DNA of 64,000 nt from Phoronis australis (taxonomy: Eukaryota > Animalia > Phoronida). Below the pieces are notes generated by a model, which was given only the letters and a program-made list of their open reading frames with translations, was not told the origin of the DNA and ran no database searches. A program made the position numbers and the translations under genes. Shown here one piece after another: positions 50,911 through 64,000 of the stretch; within the stretch, counting starts at the first letter, position 1, and each line of letters starts with the position of its first letter. Location: positions 110,006-174,005 of the forward strand of contig NMRA01000735.1 in NCBI GenBank assembly GCA_002633005.1, read 5' to 3'.

Positions 50911-53139
50911 TCGTACCCACGTTCTTAGATTTTAAAACGACACGACGATTATCGTCAGTCCTGCAAAGCATTAGCTGAATAACAAACAATCAAGACACTA
51001 TAATGTACTAAATTTGCGTTATGAAACCCACAGCTAAACAATGGACGCGCAATCGTCTATAGTTTAACACGATAAGACGAGACGGGTTCGTAACCCGGTA
51101 TTGTTCTACGGGATAACGATGTTTAACTCGATATACATGTACATGCACTTTGTAGGATTAAAAGTGATGCAGCGAGATTTTCGTTTCATACCGGTATCAA
51201 AGATGTGTTTAAGCATGAAATGCTAAACAATTTTCCTTGTTTCCACAATGACCCACGGGTATCCCACTTTTAGGAAATGGCGACCTTGCACGTTTGTTCT
51301 GGTAGGTGTGATCAAGGGGACCATTAGAAAGACACTCAAAAATGAGCCAGAATAAATTTTTCTAGTAACCACCTAAAAATACCTGCAACACCTACTACCC
51401 AATTCACTGTGTAAATTGGTGATTAAAATAATGAGTTATGCCATATCTCACATTGTGTCATTTGCTTGCTTCTTCTAAAACATACATTAGTTTACACTGG
51501 TGCTTGCAAGTTTCGGATGTCGTGAGTGTGGACAACGATTCCGAAGGACATATAAACGTTCCCGTCAACCATAGAAACAACATACCTCGACCATGTTGAC
51601 GGAGGCTTGTCCGTTGGCCACCTAAATCTTCCAATGAATACACATTTTTGAACACTGCTATTCTTCAATTTACATGCAGAAAGAAGCGTGTGAATTTAGT
51701 TTGAACCATAAGATGTCTTGGGCCAATATCTAGTGATAATCAAAATCGCCGAGTCAATATTACTGCTATAAACCGACTGTTTGAAATCATGCACATGAAC
51801 TTTTAATTTGCGCGTCTGATTAACTCTGTTATCAGTTCACCCTCTTTCGAGGATTTTTTTTATTGTGACTATGAACGGTTTCTCCTGAAATACAGGCATT
51901 GTTGGTGCATTCATAACATACATGTAGACAACAAAAATGCAACCACTTATTTGCTAGTCTGAAGAAACCATAATATTGGTTTGGGTCAAAATCCTCAGAA
52001 AGCAGTCGACATTGACAAAACATGCCGATGAGAAGTCGGCCTCCCGTTCAGTAACACTAGAACCTCGCTAAAAAGCAATACTTTGCAAGATTACGAGAGA
52101 TACATGTATCTCCGTGCATTGTAAATAAGGATACGTGACGGTGGCTAGATTTTATCTACAATGTAGGTCCTAGCGTAGGTCCTAGCGTTACTGAACGCAC
52201 TCCTTGTTTTGCCCAAGTACACTGTTCATTTTTCATGGATGAGTGTAGACGGAAGCTTATTTTCAATAATATGTGTTGTTGTTGTCGTGGTTGTTGTAAT
52301 TGTTGTATTATTTTCTCTGTCGATGGACTTGTACAATAAACAACTGAAGCTAGAAGTAGAACTGGACTGAGAAGTCGACAGTTCTCAGTTGAGGCAACTT
52401 TGCTACTGTTAGTAGTGTTCGCTATGTATAAAACGAAGCCGGTTTTTGGTTTTTACACAGTGAGAAAAGACATTTCAATGGCGGTCGTAAAGAGCAGTGA
52501 CGCATTTTTGCTACCTGAAATTTATGAGTATTTAACTCCGCAGGTAAAAGAGAATCTAAACCTTTTCTCAACGCTCTATCAAAATGATTTTGGCGCTTAA
52601 AAAGAGTGGGCCAGTGTTGCGACCTGGCATTTATGAATGCCAGCTGGATTTTAAAACGCGACTTGGGATTTTGGGTCTCAATCACAAAATGCAACCTGCC
52701 GATTTCCTTAACGTTGAGCCCATCTCAGATTGTTAAGATGCCAGTGCAAAACAGATAACTCTTCCCGCAGATGCTGCCCTAGTATGTCTCGCTCTACTCG
52801 TTGTATCATTTTTTTTTTGTTTTTAAAAAGGTGCAACGAGATTTGCGTTGGAAACACTGTATCGTTCCAAGCAGTTACGTTGTAGCGTGCTTTTCGTTCT
52901 ACTCGCTGTATCGTTCTAAGATTTAAAATGATATAACAAGACCCGCGTTTATCACGTAACACGATTTCTTTTGTTTACTGCTTTTGTGTGAAAGACCATC
53001 GTTTTTGTGTATTTTACAGTAAGAAGAAGAAGAAGTTATGAATTCTTGTTGACTATATTTTAACTGACATGATGTGGAGTTGATAGAACCACGCACTGAT
53101 CTACGCATAGGAGTATCCATAGTGGTCAACGGTCTGGAA

Positions 53140-53321
53140 TCTTACTTAGACCTGGTCTAATCTTGGGTTAAACCAGGTTTCACTAAACGATTTTTCTAAA
53201 GGTTAAACCACCTTTACAGAATGCAGATTATCTTTAAGTCTGTTCTAAGTCCAGTTAAAACCACGTTTAATATTAAACCAAGTTTAAATTTAAATTTAAG
53301 CCACCTTCATGGAATCGGCAG
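53140..53321 (-). mobile_element. Solo left-end fragment of the same Harbinger family
   Basis: Reverse complement matches 18853-18960 (ttaaagataatctgcatt...aaaggtggtttaac) and ends in ccaccttcatggaatcggcag. Confidence 0.75.
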
Positions 53322-54564
53322 TCTGTTGCGAGTTTAGAACTCTGTAAGTGCGCTCACAAACTGTCACTTTTTGTTCTATTTTCTATTTTGTGTTCTAACG
53401 CAGACCAAATATGCTGAGGGTCTCCGTCTTCGGTGGCCCCTTACAAACGATGACCACTACATGGGCGTTTTACGGACTTAAGTATCACAGAATATTATCG
53501 CTCCTTTTTTAAGCTTCTAAAATTTGTTTGCAAGACATTCCTTCAGAAGGGTACAGTTTGCATATCAGTGTTGTTTCTTGGGGACTGTTTTGGAAATTTT
53601 CTGAAAGTCTTCACGAGCGCGTAACGTCATTTTAATTTAATATAAATAGGTAAATGAAACAACGATAATGGATCAACTGAAATTTTCGGATATAATAAGG
53701 TCCTTCGTCAACATTAACAGAAATAAAGTAAAATCAAAAACTATATGACAATGGACATTTAAGATGTGGCGTAATATATTATATCCAAAAATTCCAGTTG
53801 ATCCATTCTTGTTGTTTTATTCATCTACTTATATTCTACATTTCGGGGGAACAATAGTATCCTTGGGAGCATCTGTATCGCCTTATTTAGATTCAGATTT
53901 ATTTTGTACGTTATCTAACGGAATATAAGTCGTGATTTCTCCCACCACGTTACAAAAAGCATACATAATCTAACCTGCATGAGAGATTTTTAACCAAATC
54001 GGGCTCTTCTAACGAGTTTTAAGGAACTTAATTGTTGGAATTCCTTTTCACTAGCCTTGCTAATACCATGCAGTGAACATTTTTAAAACTTCTTACTAGG
54101 ACTAGTTCTTTGTTCGAATTGTGCAAAATTGACTATTTCAGGCGTATCGTGAAGAGAATCAACGGGACTTGCGACGGAGACCATTGCAAACATGCCAGTG
54201 ACTGTCCACACAGCATAGAAGTTTGACGCGATAACAGATTTTATTTTTAATGTGGCTAACCGTGCAAATTTATTGCAAAAACTGGTGTTACTAGGTGGAG
54301 TAAAAGTACATGTACATGTACACGATAAGTTACACTCAAATAGATGAATTTATCGAACGAGCTGGCTTTAGGCAGCCGTTTACTCTCAAGTATATGTGCG
54401 TATTCCTTCCGGAAGCATGTACAACTGATTAATCGAAAATGAAGACTTTAAAAAGTCGTTTAATGCTGTGAATCTGCAAGACAGTCCATATAGATTGGGG
54501 GTTGAGGGGGAGTCTCAGGCGGAAACATCCAGCCCGAACCTATTCGTTAAAGATAGTACGTAGT

Positions 54565-55030
54565 ACATGGAAAACAACACCAAATTGGCTGCGGCTACTG
54601 GTATCGCTAATTACTGTTGATAACTGTTTTGCTGTTAATTGTGAACTTGCTTCTGATTCTAAGCACTTCACGCAATCATAGGGACGTACCCGGCAAAATT
54701 CTTCCGAGTGGTGTTTCCGTAAATGACAGGAGAGTCCAAACTATTAGAGGACAGCCTGTAGACACCATTGAGCGGGAAGATTTTCGAAATTCTAAAGCAG
54801 TGACCTTTGATATGTTGCAAAGGTTGACACTGCAGAGGTTCCTGCATGACACTTAACACAGCTTCAGTAGGGGGAAAGGAAATTTGTACACACAACAATG
54901 ACTCCCAGCTCTATGTTTCTGAGATGAGACGGAAATGAGGATGCCGTCATGGTTGTTCGTAAAGAATGGGACTCAAATTTCTGATATGTACTTTGGTAAA
55001 GAAAGAGAACGTTCTTGCATTACCGAGGAA
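54565..55030 (+). pseudogene. Probable decayed exon of a secreted/membrane-anchored protein; second copy 58865-59320
   Basis: Hydrophobic LITVLLLIVNLLLILSTS followed by hydrophilic sequence. Between copies several third-position changes (gtc/gtg, caa/cag, act/acg, agg/aga). No in-frame ATG, stops present. Confidence 0.4.
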
Positions 55031-55435
55031 ATCTTTCCAAGCAGGCTAGCATAAATGAATGATTACACCGCAATACATACTGGGATGGAAATGGAATTTT
55101 TTAGTCTGAGAATGACTTGACGAAAGTTTTTTATCTGGTTGCATGTTACTTATATCGCTGGATTCGGGAACCATTCACTATTCTGGAAGTTCACTACTCG
55201 GAAGGTTAACTACTATGAAAATATCGAAAATTTAGGACTCTGGTTTAGGGTTTCTACTTTTGCATGCGAAGTAAACGATGCTTTGGTAATTATATGCACT
55301 GAGTGGTGTATATGTACTTATACCAAAAAAAAGTCCAGGAACTACATTTATCGATTTCTTGCGCATACGAAATTGCCCTCATGTATTACGAATACGCAAC
55401 ATGAGTACGTTCTTGAATTTTTAAAGGGATTCCAA

Positions 55436-56050
55436 ATCCGGTTTTGGTTCACTCTAAAAATGGCTTTCTCATTCAGTTCTCTAAAAAAGATATGCTCTGT
55501 AATCCTTGACTACCCTCAAATGTTTGCTGGAAACTTTGAAAACTCCTTTCAATGATTGCTAAACGGGCAAGCGTGACATGCGCTTTCTGCTAATTACACG
55601 GCAACTGTGGAGAAAAGACCATCCACCAGCGACCATAATGTCTAAACTGTGACAAAGGGTGAATGAAATTTTAATAGATTCAATCCATAAAAAGGACACT
55701 GAACCTTGTTTTGACGATATCAACCAATCCACAATATATCACCTGCTGATGCATTAATGGCTTGATTCTTGAAAGATAGAAACGGGAATCAACGAAGAAT
55801 TCATACCAAGTCTCACGAATTGGACATTATGGAACTTGGTGAGTGGTCTTTTCAGACAGATGACGTGTAACTCGCTAAAAGCCTACGCCACGCTTGCCCC
55901 TACAGAGGACTTTGAAAGGAGTTTTCTAATTTTCCTCAAAATATTTGGGGGTTGTCGAGCCTTTAGAGAGCATTATTGTTATTATTATGGTACAGAGAAC
56001 TAGATAGGGAAGTCGTTTTTAGCATATGTTAAAAGGTCAAAATCGGGTTT
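55436..56050. mobile_element. ~600-bp imperfect foldback (MITE-like)
   Basis: gaaaactcctttcaa/ttgaaaggagttttc, ggcaagcgtg/cacgcttgcc, gaaaagacca/tggtcttttc, ccataatgtc/gacattatgg are symmetric about ~55740. Confidence 0.75.
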
Positions 56051-57500
56051 AGTATACATTTTACTTAGAAGATAGACGCCGGTGATGCATTAGCAGATCA
56101 CAAAACGAGGATTTGTGGAAATCATCATAAAACTGGGCTTAGTAGGAAGTAAGAAAATTGATGAATTATCAGCCAAGTTCCATTCATCAAACCATTGTCA
56201 ATTTCGCATCGTTTCACAGCGCGAGTGATCTAGTATAGTATGAAACGCGACTAGGGTCACTTTGTGACAGGTCTTGTCTGACACGTGACGAGTAGTATTT
56301 TTAACACTCTGCCAAGGCCTATTTGTGAAAGACACTTTTAAACAACGGTATCAAGATTTTTGGGTAGCGGCTCAACTCATGCATAGGTGGATTTAGTAAT
56401 ACACATCACTAATTAAACAAAAGAAAAGCGAGCTTTTGTATATGGCCGGTTACAGAATATCGGATATCGAACATATTCGTAAATAATATCAGCTGGATTG
56501 CACACTGGCGAGTTTTGGTAATGTAAACCGAGGAACTTCGGCATGGTATCATTTTCAAATAGTTTTTTTTATTCATTATTCAGTAACCGGTCATCCGTAA
56601 GTTCTCTATTAACTTGTGCAGAAATGTAACAGCAATGAACACCTAGTCATGCACAAACCTGAAAATGCTATTACTCACAGCAGAGTGATCTCAAGGTGAA
56701 GGTAAAGGTGACATGCTGGTACATTTAATAGGCATTGGGTCAATTGTTAAAGTTACGCTGCGTAAAACAGGTAGTCATATTACTAGTACTCATTCAATAT
56801 AGTTACGTTGCCAAAACAACAATACGAAGACAATGATGCTCACTTGATTCATATGCAGCTCAATCTGAATCCTCCATTATCGTTCAAGCAAAATTCAATA
56901 GTTTTGCTCCAGAAGCCTGGTCGACACCACCACCAACACCACCATTCTATATACTTATAGTTAAACTAGTCAATATGTAAAATAACCATAAGTTACCTAT
57001 GAAACTGTTACTATTGCACGGCTGGGCACGTTGCAAGACACTGGGGATGTTTTTAACTCATCAACACCATTTTCTGTGTAATAGTTGGCTGGGCCAAATC
57101 CATTAATCATAGGAAAGACTCAAAAACGTGGGTAAACGTCCCATAACTGCTTTTTGAAGAAATGTAAGCGTCCTCTTACAGGGACTGGTGGAAATTTTTA
57201 GTAAACATCCTTCACACAAGAATGCAAGATTGATAGATCACCCAAAAATCTGGGGTACTAGTATGAATGTTCGGTGTTCTTGCCTTTTAGAATACCGTTC
57301 ATTCGGTAACGTCGTTATACTTTCAAGGAATTTGTCAGTTTTTGGCCACATTTATTCAAAAAGGGGTCTTTTTCACTATAAGAGGGAGGGGGCAGTGTTT
57401 TCTGGGTTAGTCAATCTGAGGACGATGCTTGCTTTGCAGCCACTCGGTAAGCACTAAAAACTGGGGCTACATCAGTCTTCCTTTTGTCAGTTAAGTTCAG

Positions 57501-57512
57501 ATATATATATAC

Positions 57513-57557
<45 letters not shown>
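57501..57557. repeat. (TA)n(TG)n microsatellite
   Basis: Direct reading. Confidence 0.95.
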
Positions 57558-57559
<2 letters not shown>

Positions 57560-59559
57560 CGAATGTGATTTTTGTGTCACTGATTACAAAAGGGAACTTT
57601 TGGTTTCCAAGTACGTTGGTCAGACCTCTTGGTGGCACATTTTCAAGAGAACCAGCCCTCCCCTCTGGTGAAAGTAACACACTCAAAAGGCGGTGTTTTC
57701 TGGAAATTTTTTTTTCGTGGAGTTTCTTAACAATGGGCCCCTTTGCATAGATTTCACTCTCTAAATCGGTGTACATCATAAGTTTCCAGATCAGAGGTAA
57801 TTTCCCGTAGTAGTATATAGTTAACTGTTACCACGGCGTACAAGTACGACTCTATTCTTTTGTATAACCTACATGTACACTACAGTACCCGTACGCAAGT
57901 CGAACACACCCGGCCAGCGAAAAGGTCAACTTACTTCGCTTTCACGAAAGTGAGGTTCATTTTGCCGTTTGAAAGACTCTACAGCAACACTCTCGCTCAC
58001 TTTTAATACCGGCAACAAGTTTTATTGCAAAACAAATAGTGTTCTTTCCTTAAGGACTGTTCTGGAAATTTTCTGAAAATCTTCAAGGGCGTTTAGGTCA
58101 CGCTCTTTCAATACAGTTCGTGATTTTCCGTATTACGTTACAGCAATGCATGTATAAGCTTGAGGGACAATTTTTTACTCCGTGTCAGACTTTTCTAACG
58201 GAGTTTTACGGAACTGGCATTGTTTTTCACAAAAGTAATACCATGCAGCCGTATGCAGTGAACAATAAATTCCGTACCTGCAAAATCACCACTTGTTGAG
58301 TTTGCCGTAAAGAGCAATCCTTAGAAAAAGGCTTTATTTAAGCCATTTTAAAACCCTCCTCAACGTTTTGATTGGATGATACTTAAAACATCACTCGCAG
58401 TCGAATAAACACATTGCTCAAACAATCACCTACCATGCCATTCTCACCTTGAAAAATTGAAGATTTTCTCGACATTAAGTTGTACTGCGCCTCGTTTGCC
58501 TGAGGTTTACCCATACGAGAACGCACCTGTTGCCACACGCACGCGCCTCACTGCAAAAATTATATCTAGAGGCGTACAGCATAAGCTGCGATGTTTAAAT
58601 TGACCATGTTCGGAGAATGCCTTTTTGAATTAGTCGTGTGCCAAACTTGGAACACCGAAATAAGAACGGAATTGCGAGCTGGTTAAACTTCTATGATGAA
58701 TAGATGTTTGTAGGAAATACTGATACAAAAATTGGTTATCTCTTGAAAAAATAGATCGTATCTGACCCGCTTTATGTAGCAATATGTCACCAAATTATTG
58801 ATAGATAAATCTTCACCGGTGACAAAATAGCCGGTTGATTGTGCCTTTCAGTTCAGAATTGTCGCTATGTATAACAACAACATAATAGTTGCCGTTAGTG
58901 ATAGCACTAATTACAATGATAACTGAGTTTGCAATAATTTTGAACTTGCTTTTGATTTAAAGCATTCCATGTAATGATCGAGCCTTACACGGCCAAATTC
59001 GCCTGGGTTTTGATTGCGTAGATGGCAGGAGCGTGCAGACGATTAGAGGAACAGGCCTGTAGCCAGCATCGCGCGGGGGTGGTTCGAATATCTAAAACAG
59101 TGGACCTTTGATATTCTGCAAAGATAAACACTGTAGAGTTTTCAGTAAGGCCAGACAATAATTAATTAGGGGGAAAGATAATGTATACACAACGGTGACT
59201 CTCAGCTCTGAGACGAGACGAAAATGAGGATGCCCTGACGGTTGCTCGTAAAGAATGGGACTCAAATTCGGATATGCAATGTGGTCCAGAAAGAGAAAGT
59301 TCTCGCATTACCTTCAGCAAAACTTTCATATCAGTCTGAGAAGGACTTGACATGCTCATTTTAAATAAACTTCTAATTGACAATTTTTTAAATTATTTAC
59401 ATGTTCGTAGTTTGGGTTTGCGCAAAGTTCCCACCCTGCATTCAGCCTCGAAAAGAGTCTCGTTTTGGCCTTTTCCAGATCACAAGCTGACTTTTGATAA
59501 AATGCTCCAATCTGATCAACCTCAGTAAAATTTTGAAAAGAACTTTTCGACCAATTATT

Positions 59560-60615
59560 CTTTCTGTACGTGAGGTTCCAGTAAAATACATGTACTTAAT
59601 ATTTTTGAGACGATGATCAGGCATGCAATAAGTCTATTCCAGAGCTGTAATGTACACAATTTCGTGCCAATTGTACTAGGTTTCCGCCCCATATCTCCAT
59701 TATTCGCCGTGATCGGAGTAAATTTGCGAACCCCAAGAAAGTATCAGAAGACCCGATTTTATATTGAACGTCACAGAGGAAATAGCCCTGCCCTCCAAGC
59801 ACCAGCGCAATAACCAAGTTTCGGTATAACACACGCATCACATAATGTGGTGTATGTATTGAACACAACATCACGCATGCGCTTGAATTTAGATAAATTA
59901 GCGCCAACTGCACGGCCACCAGATGCTGCTACTGCGGCAGCGGCTATTTTAAATTGCAAATGTTCATCTATGCTGACTTACAACAGAGAGCAGGTTGTTC
60001 GCATAATTGAAGAAAAAGTTGTTCCGCCTCGCACGGGGCTTACGAAAATGCATAACTTCAGTTTACTCAAATTCATCTCCGTCCTGCATTGATTACACCA
60101 AATGGGCAAAAGATCCAGTATGGCCTGCATATCATGATCACGTGACTAGACTAAGGCAATGTCGTCAGCATACAACAAGGACCTTATTACATCTACATTA
60201 TTTCCTATAGAGATACATGTATCACGGTCGAACAGATTCAGTTCATCAGCAAATTCATTTATAAAAAGACTAAAAGAGTCGGAGAAATCGTTTCCCCATG
60301 ACGTACACCAAAACTTATAGGGAACAGTGAAAGTTTTTAAAAATCTGAACACGAGCCACAGGATCGGAATAAATACCTTTTATCGCATTATTAATGTACG
60401 TATTACCGTCAATATTATTTAATAGATGTTTATAAACTAAAATATGTCTATATACACTGTCCAATGCTTTCTTCATATCAGCAAATGTTACAAGTATTGG
60501 AAATGTTTTCATTTTTTCCTGTTTTGGACTATAGACGCCAATGAAATTACATGGTGGATACATAATCTACATGTACCTTTACGAAAACTATTTTGCTCTT
60601 CAGCAAGCAGGCTTT
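59560..60615 (-). mobile_element. Degenerate LINE reverse-transcriptase 3' fragment
   Basis: AEEQNSFRKG, FADMKKALDSV, SLLYADDIALV, ACVIPKLGYCAGAW in broken frames. Confidence 0.8.
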
Positions 60616-60967
60616 AATTTTTGGATCGAGTCTGTTGACCGACTAAAACCGGATTTGGTATAGTTTGACGTCAGTGATGCATAGCAGATAACAGAACTAG
60701 GACAAGAACAAGTCGTTGACACTCATGGCCTTGGGAACTCCCCTGTTTTGTGGAGAGTAATCGACAAAAAAACACTTAAGGTCATTTTTTAAACTATGAG
60801 ATGGTTTATTACTGACTGTATTACGCTTGGAAAATGCGTGTCTCAGAAATAGTACAATAACTGGGCTTTCACCTAATAGGAAGTAACTTCAGAGATAATA
60901 GAATACGATTTCCAGGTGTGATATTTTAATTTCGATTTCCCAGTAGCCTCAAAAGGAGCACCTTTCA

Positions 60968-61890
60968 AGGGATTGTTCTAAGAACTTCACGACTTCCTTT
61001 ACCCCCGCAGCCATGGACCCCCTAAACCCACAACCCTCTGGACCCAAAACCCCCTTGACACACTGCCTCCTCGACACACGACCCCCACGACTCACGATCT
61101 GTGGCAATAGATGTATTTTTGCGCTTTTTACGTATTTGATAAGCTTACAACGTCGCTCTGTGTCTTCCCCGTGAGACATACCTACGTGTACACGCCAGTC
61201 TGCTCTGGCTCATGTCTGGTGATTCAAAACAGAAAGTGTCGTGAGGACGTATTCTGAAATAGCGCAATGAATGCACTGTCGTTTTCACGGAAATAGTTCC
61301 ACTAGCCTCTACCAATGGCCCAGTTTTACTAAACTTAGGGGGAGAGTACGTTAACGTGAACGTAAATGCATGTAGTTTCACATTTTTATTATTTGCTTTC
61401 TGGTATATAATCGTTTACAATAATCTCCATGTAACGTTGTTTTACGCTTTAATTAACAGTTTCTTTTTTCAAAAGGTATTTACTGATGGAATTACAGTTT
61501 TGTCGGTTCCCGCACTCTCGCAAAAAAGGTTGAGTCTGCCATTCACTAAATATCAGACAAGACGATTACACTCTTACTGCAACAGCATTTGTAACCTTGG
61601 TAGTTATTTGATTTTTTGTTTTTGGCTATTAAACTTGCGGAATGGACTCTCTTAATTGCAAAAAACGCGAAAACCAGTCAAGCTCACGACCCAAGTCATT
61701 AGTCCTGCAAGTGAGCGACTGTTCTGTGTTCAGATCCAGTCGAGGTTTTGTAGACTTGGTCAATGAGGTTGTGGTCGTGGGCAGAGGGGGTCGTGGGTCT
61801 AGGGGGTTGAGGATAAAAGTGATCGTGGGTCGAGGGGGTCGTGTGGTGTTGATATCGAAGGGTTCGATGGGGTTTTAGGAAGATTCCCCT
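60968..61890. mobile_element. Non-autonomous DNA element with C-rich/G-rich subterminal repeats
   Basis: Left gggattgttctaagaacttcacgac...cacgacccc repeats versus right gggtcgtg repeats...ggggttttaggaagattccc. Confidence 0.6.
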
Positions 61891-62199
61891 TCAAGGCCTT
61901 AACAACCAGAAATATACCTTAACCATGAAACAGTTCTTAGAAGGATATATCCCAACGTAGGTGCCTCTCAATATCCTAATGACGCGAGGATGTTGCCCTA
62001 GAGGGATACCATTCAATACATTTAGTTATGAAAAAGGAGACAACATCTACAGAAAAAAGTCCTGTAAGCAGTTCCTTGAAAAAACTTGTAGGCTAGGAAA
62101 TGTAGACATTCATTGAAATAAGCAGTAAAGGTGTCGTTTTTGGCGCATCAGTCACTGTACAACCTAAATAATTTTTTACTTTTGTTCTTTTTGTGTAAA

Positions 62200-62420
62200 T
62201 GGGGTTTCCTCCAAGAAACTTGCTTAAGTTTATTGTTGACTTAAGTGTAAGATTTGCCCCAACTTCCTAACTTCGAAACTTCCACATTCGGTAAAATAGT
62301 CGAACTTAAGACAAAACTTAACCCAAATATTTATGTCAAATTTAAGATCACTTTTTGGAACCGACTTAGGACAAATTGAAGTTTTATCTTAAAATTGACT
62401 TAAATTTTAAATTTTTTATT
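62200..62420. repeat. cttaag-rich repeat, probable Harbinger/Tourist-type MITE fragment
   Basis: Repeated acttaag/cttaa motifs following ggggtttcctccaagaaac. Confidence 0.35.
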
Positions 62421-62747
62421 AAATTTCCAGCCTATTTTAGACCTATTTATGTAAAAAATCATATGCACTGTTTGGAACTAAATATGAAAATGCAAATATC
62501 GTCATGTTCTCTAATTCATTAATATTAAAAAATCAAAGTTTTTCAAATTTCAGTGTATCACACTTTGGAGATTCTTGAATTGGAGAATTTTTGCATAGGG
62601 AAATTGTTAGTGTTCCAATGATGTGCTATCTAAAACAATAAGCGTCAAAAGAAATGCTGGCATTTTTTCAATTTCACATGAAAACTATTGCCAGAATGAC
62701 CAATCCTCTATTTTCAATTTCTGAACTACAGAATTTAAGAAGATAAC

Positions 62748-63694
62748 ATTTATTGGGGACAAATAAAACAACAAGAATAATAAATATTTTAAGTTGTATT
62801 GGGAATTTCAGGGTCACAGCTCTACAAATAAATATTTCAAAGAAGGAACCAGATGGGTTCCTTAATTACAAGAGATAACACACACATTTCCGATACCCAA
62901 AGTGTAACTGAGTATCGGATACTAAGTGGCACCGGTTAGCATAGTACCAAATGGGTACATAATACCAAATGGGTATTGGCCGATTGCCTACCAACTGGGT
63001 CGAGCAAAGCGGCAAATTCAATAACAAGTACCAAGTGGGTACAANTCGAGCAAAACAGCAAATTCAATAACAAGTACCAAGTGGGAACACCAAACAGCCA
63101 ACTGGGCTATAACAACCTGCAAAGCAGGTTCCGGACAAGCTGAGTGAGCAGACCAGCCGGAGTGATAAAAAGAGATATTGTAAGGGGCGTGGTGTTGTGG
63201 CTCGGTATGTGCCGAGAGCTGTGACCAAGGTGGAGAGAAGCAAGCTGCAGTAATGGATGCTCGAGTACAGGGCGGTCGCTAGCCAATGACGCCGGTTCTT
63301 GCCTGACGGTAAGACGCTCCGGGCTTGAAGAAGGCGCCAGCAGTGACTGCAAAAACAACAATAACCAACAGCAGATTTTGTTCGACAAAAGGGAGGGAGC
63401 GTGGGAAAGGTGTAAATCGGTTGACTTGAGATTTTGTGGTACCCAGGGTAGGGAAGGTGGGAGAGGTATAAAACTGTCTAATTAGGAAAACTTACGAGTG
63501 AATGTACTGTTGCTTGAGGCTGGGCCAATAGGAAGCTGGAGAAAAAGAACAAACAGCGCTACCATGGGACAAGGTAGGAACTAACTAGGAGTTGGATATG
63601 AAGCATAAAGGGCTGTATAATGGTATTTGCCCAAGTAATAGGATTTATGTCAGAGTGTCTTAATCTCATTATTGGGGACAAATAAAACAACAAG

Positions 63695-63769
<75 letters not shown>

Positions 63770-64000
63770 TTGTATTGGGAATTTCAGGGTCACAGCTCTA
63801 CAAATAAATATTTCACAGAAGGATCCAGATGGGTTCCTTAATTATAAGAGATAACACACAAACTTCCGATACAAAAAGTGTAATTGAATATCGGATACTA
63901 CGTGCCACAGGTTAGCATAGTACCAAACTGACAAATGGGAAAATATCATATAGAGTAGCAAGTGGGTACACTAAATAGCCAACTGGGCTATAACAACTTG
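62748..64000. repeat. ~920-bp-period direct repeat (62748-63119 repeated from 63668 to window end; second copy carries an (AT)n expansion at ~63698-63767)
   Basis: attggggacaaataaaacaacaagaataat...aagttgtattgggaatttcagggtcacagctctac...gccaactgggctataacaac occurs twice. Confidence 0.85.

Larger units (their letters stand above)
42745..58760 (-). repeat. Right arm of the inverted segmental duplication
   Basis: Reverse-complement homology to the left-arm blocks, interrupted by a Gypsy insertion and with an internal ~4.3-kb-period tandem duplication. Confidence 0.8.

Noticed and set aside
57411-57779. ORFs with CVCVC/HTHT runs (also IYIY ORF 63672-63854)
   Set aside because: Translations of microsatellites.

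Overview
AT-rich eukaryotic (metazoan) genomic DNA, probably from a marine invertebrate such as a mollusc or other lophotrochozoan (inference from the TE families and composition). It is not prokaryotic, and almost all ORF-track entries are noise or transposon debris. The main result is invisible in the ORF track: two spliced, convergent paralogous genes, each encoding a 64-aa secreted precursor (signal peptide, acidic propeptide, furin-type RxRR site, 29-aa six-Cys peptide with CS-alpha/beta defensin / scorpion-KTx-type spacing). Gene A (+) has coding exons 15928-16009 and 23715-23827, mature CSGISCGITCLTKGGGECKGSRCVCNRSK. Gene B (-) has coding exons 45700-45619 and 44398-44286, mature CWDPVCDYACRIQFKNGGKCGGSYCKCND. 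The two genes share exon sizes (82+113 nt), a phase-1 intron, an intron starting right after the stop codon, a 3'UTR exon with AATAAA and upstream TATA/kappaB-like motifs. They lie in the arms of an old, colinear inverted segmental duplication (~0.3-26 kb vs ~42.7-58.8 kb). The rest is decayed transposons: a PIF/Harbinger nested in a DIRS1 element inside gene A's intron, two Gypsy elements (one interrupted by a LINE), a GalEa-like Copia, an Academ-like remnant, a second LINE fragment, MITE/foldback elements and tandem repeats. Paralog comparison also shows that the abundant TACATGTA motif arises as a 6-bp insertion at TA sites, as expected for Tc1/mariner excision footprints. All alignments were done by eye.
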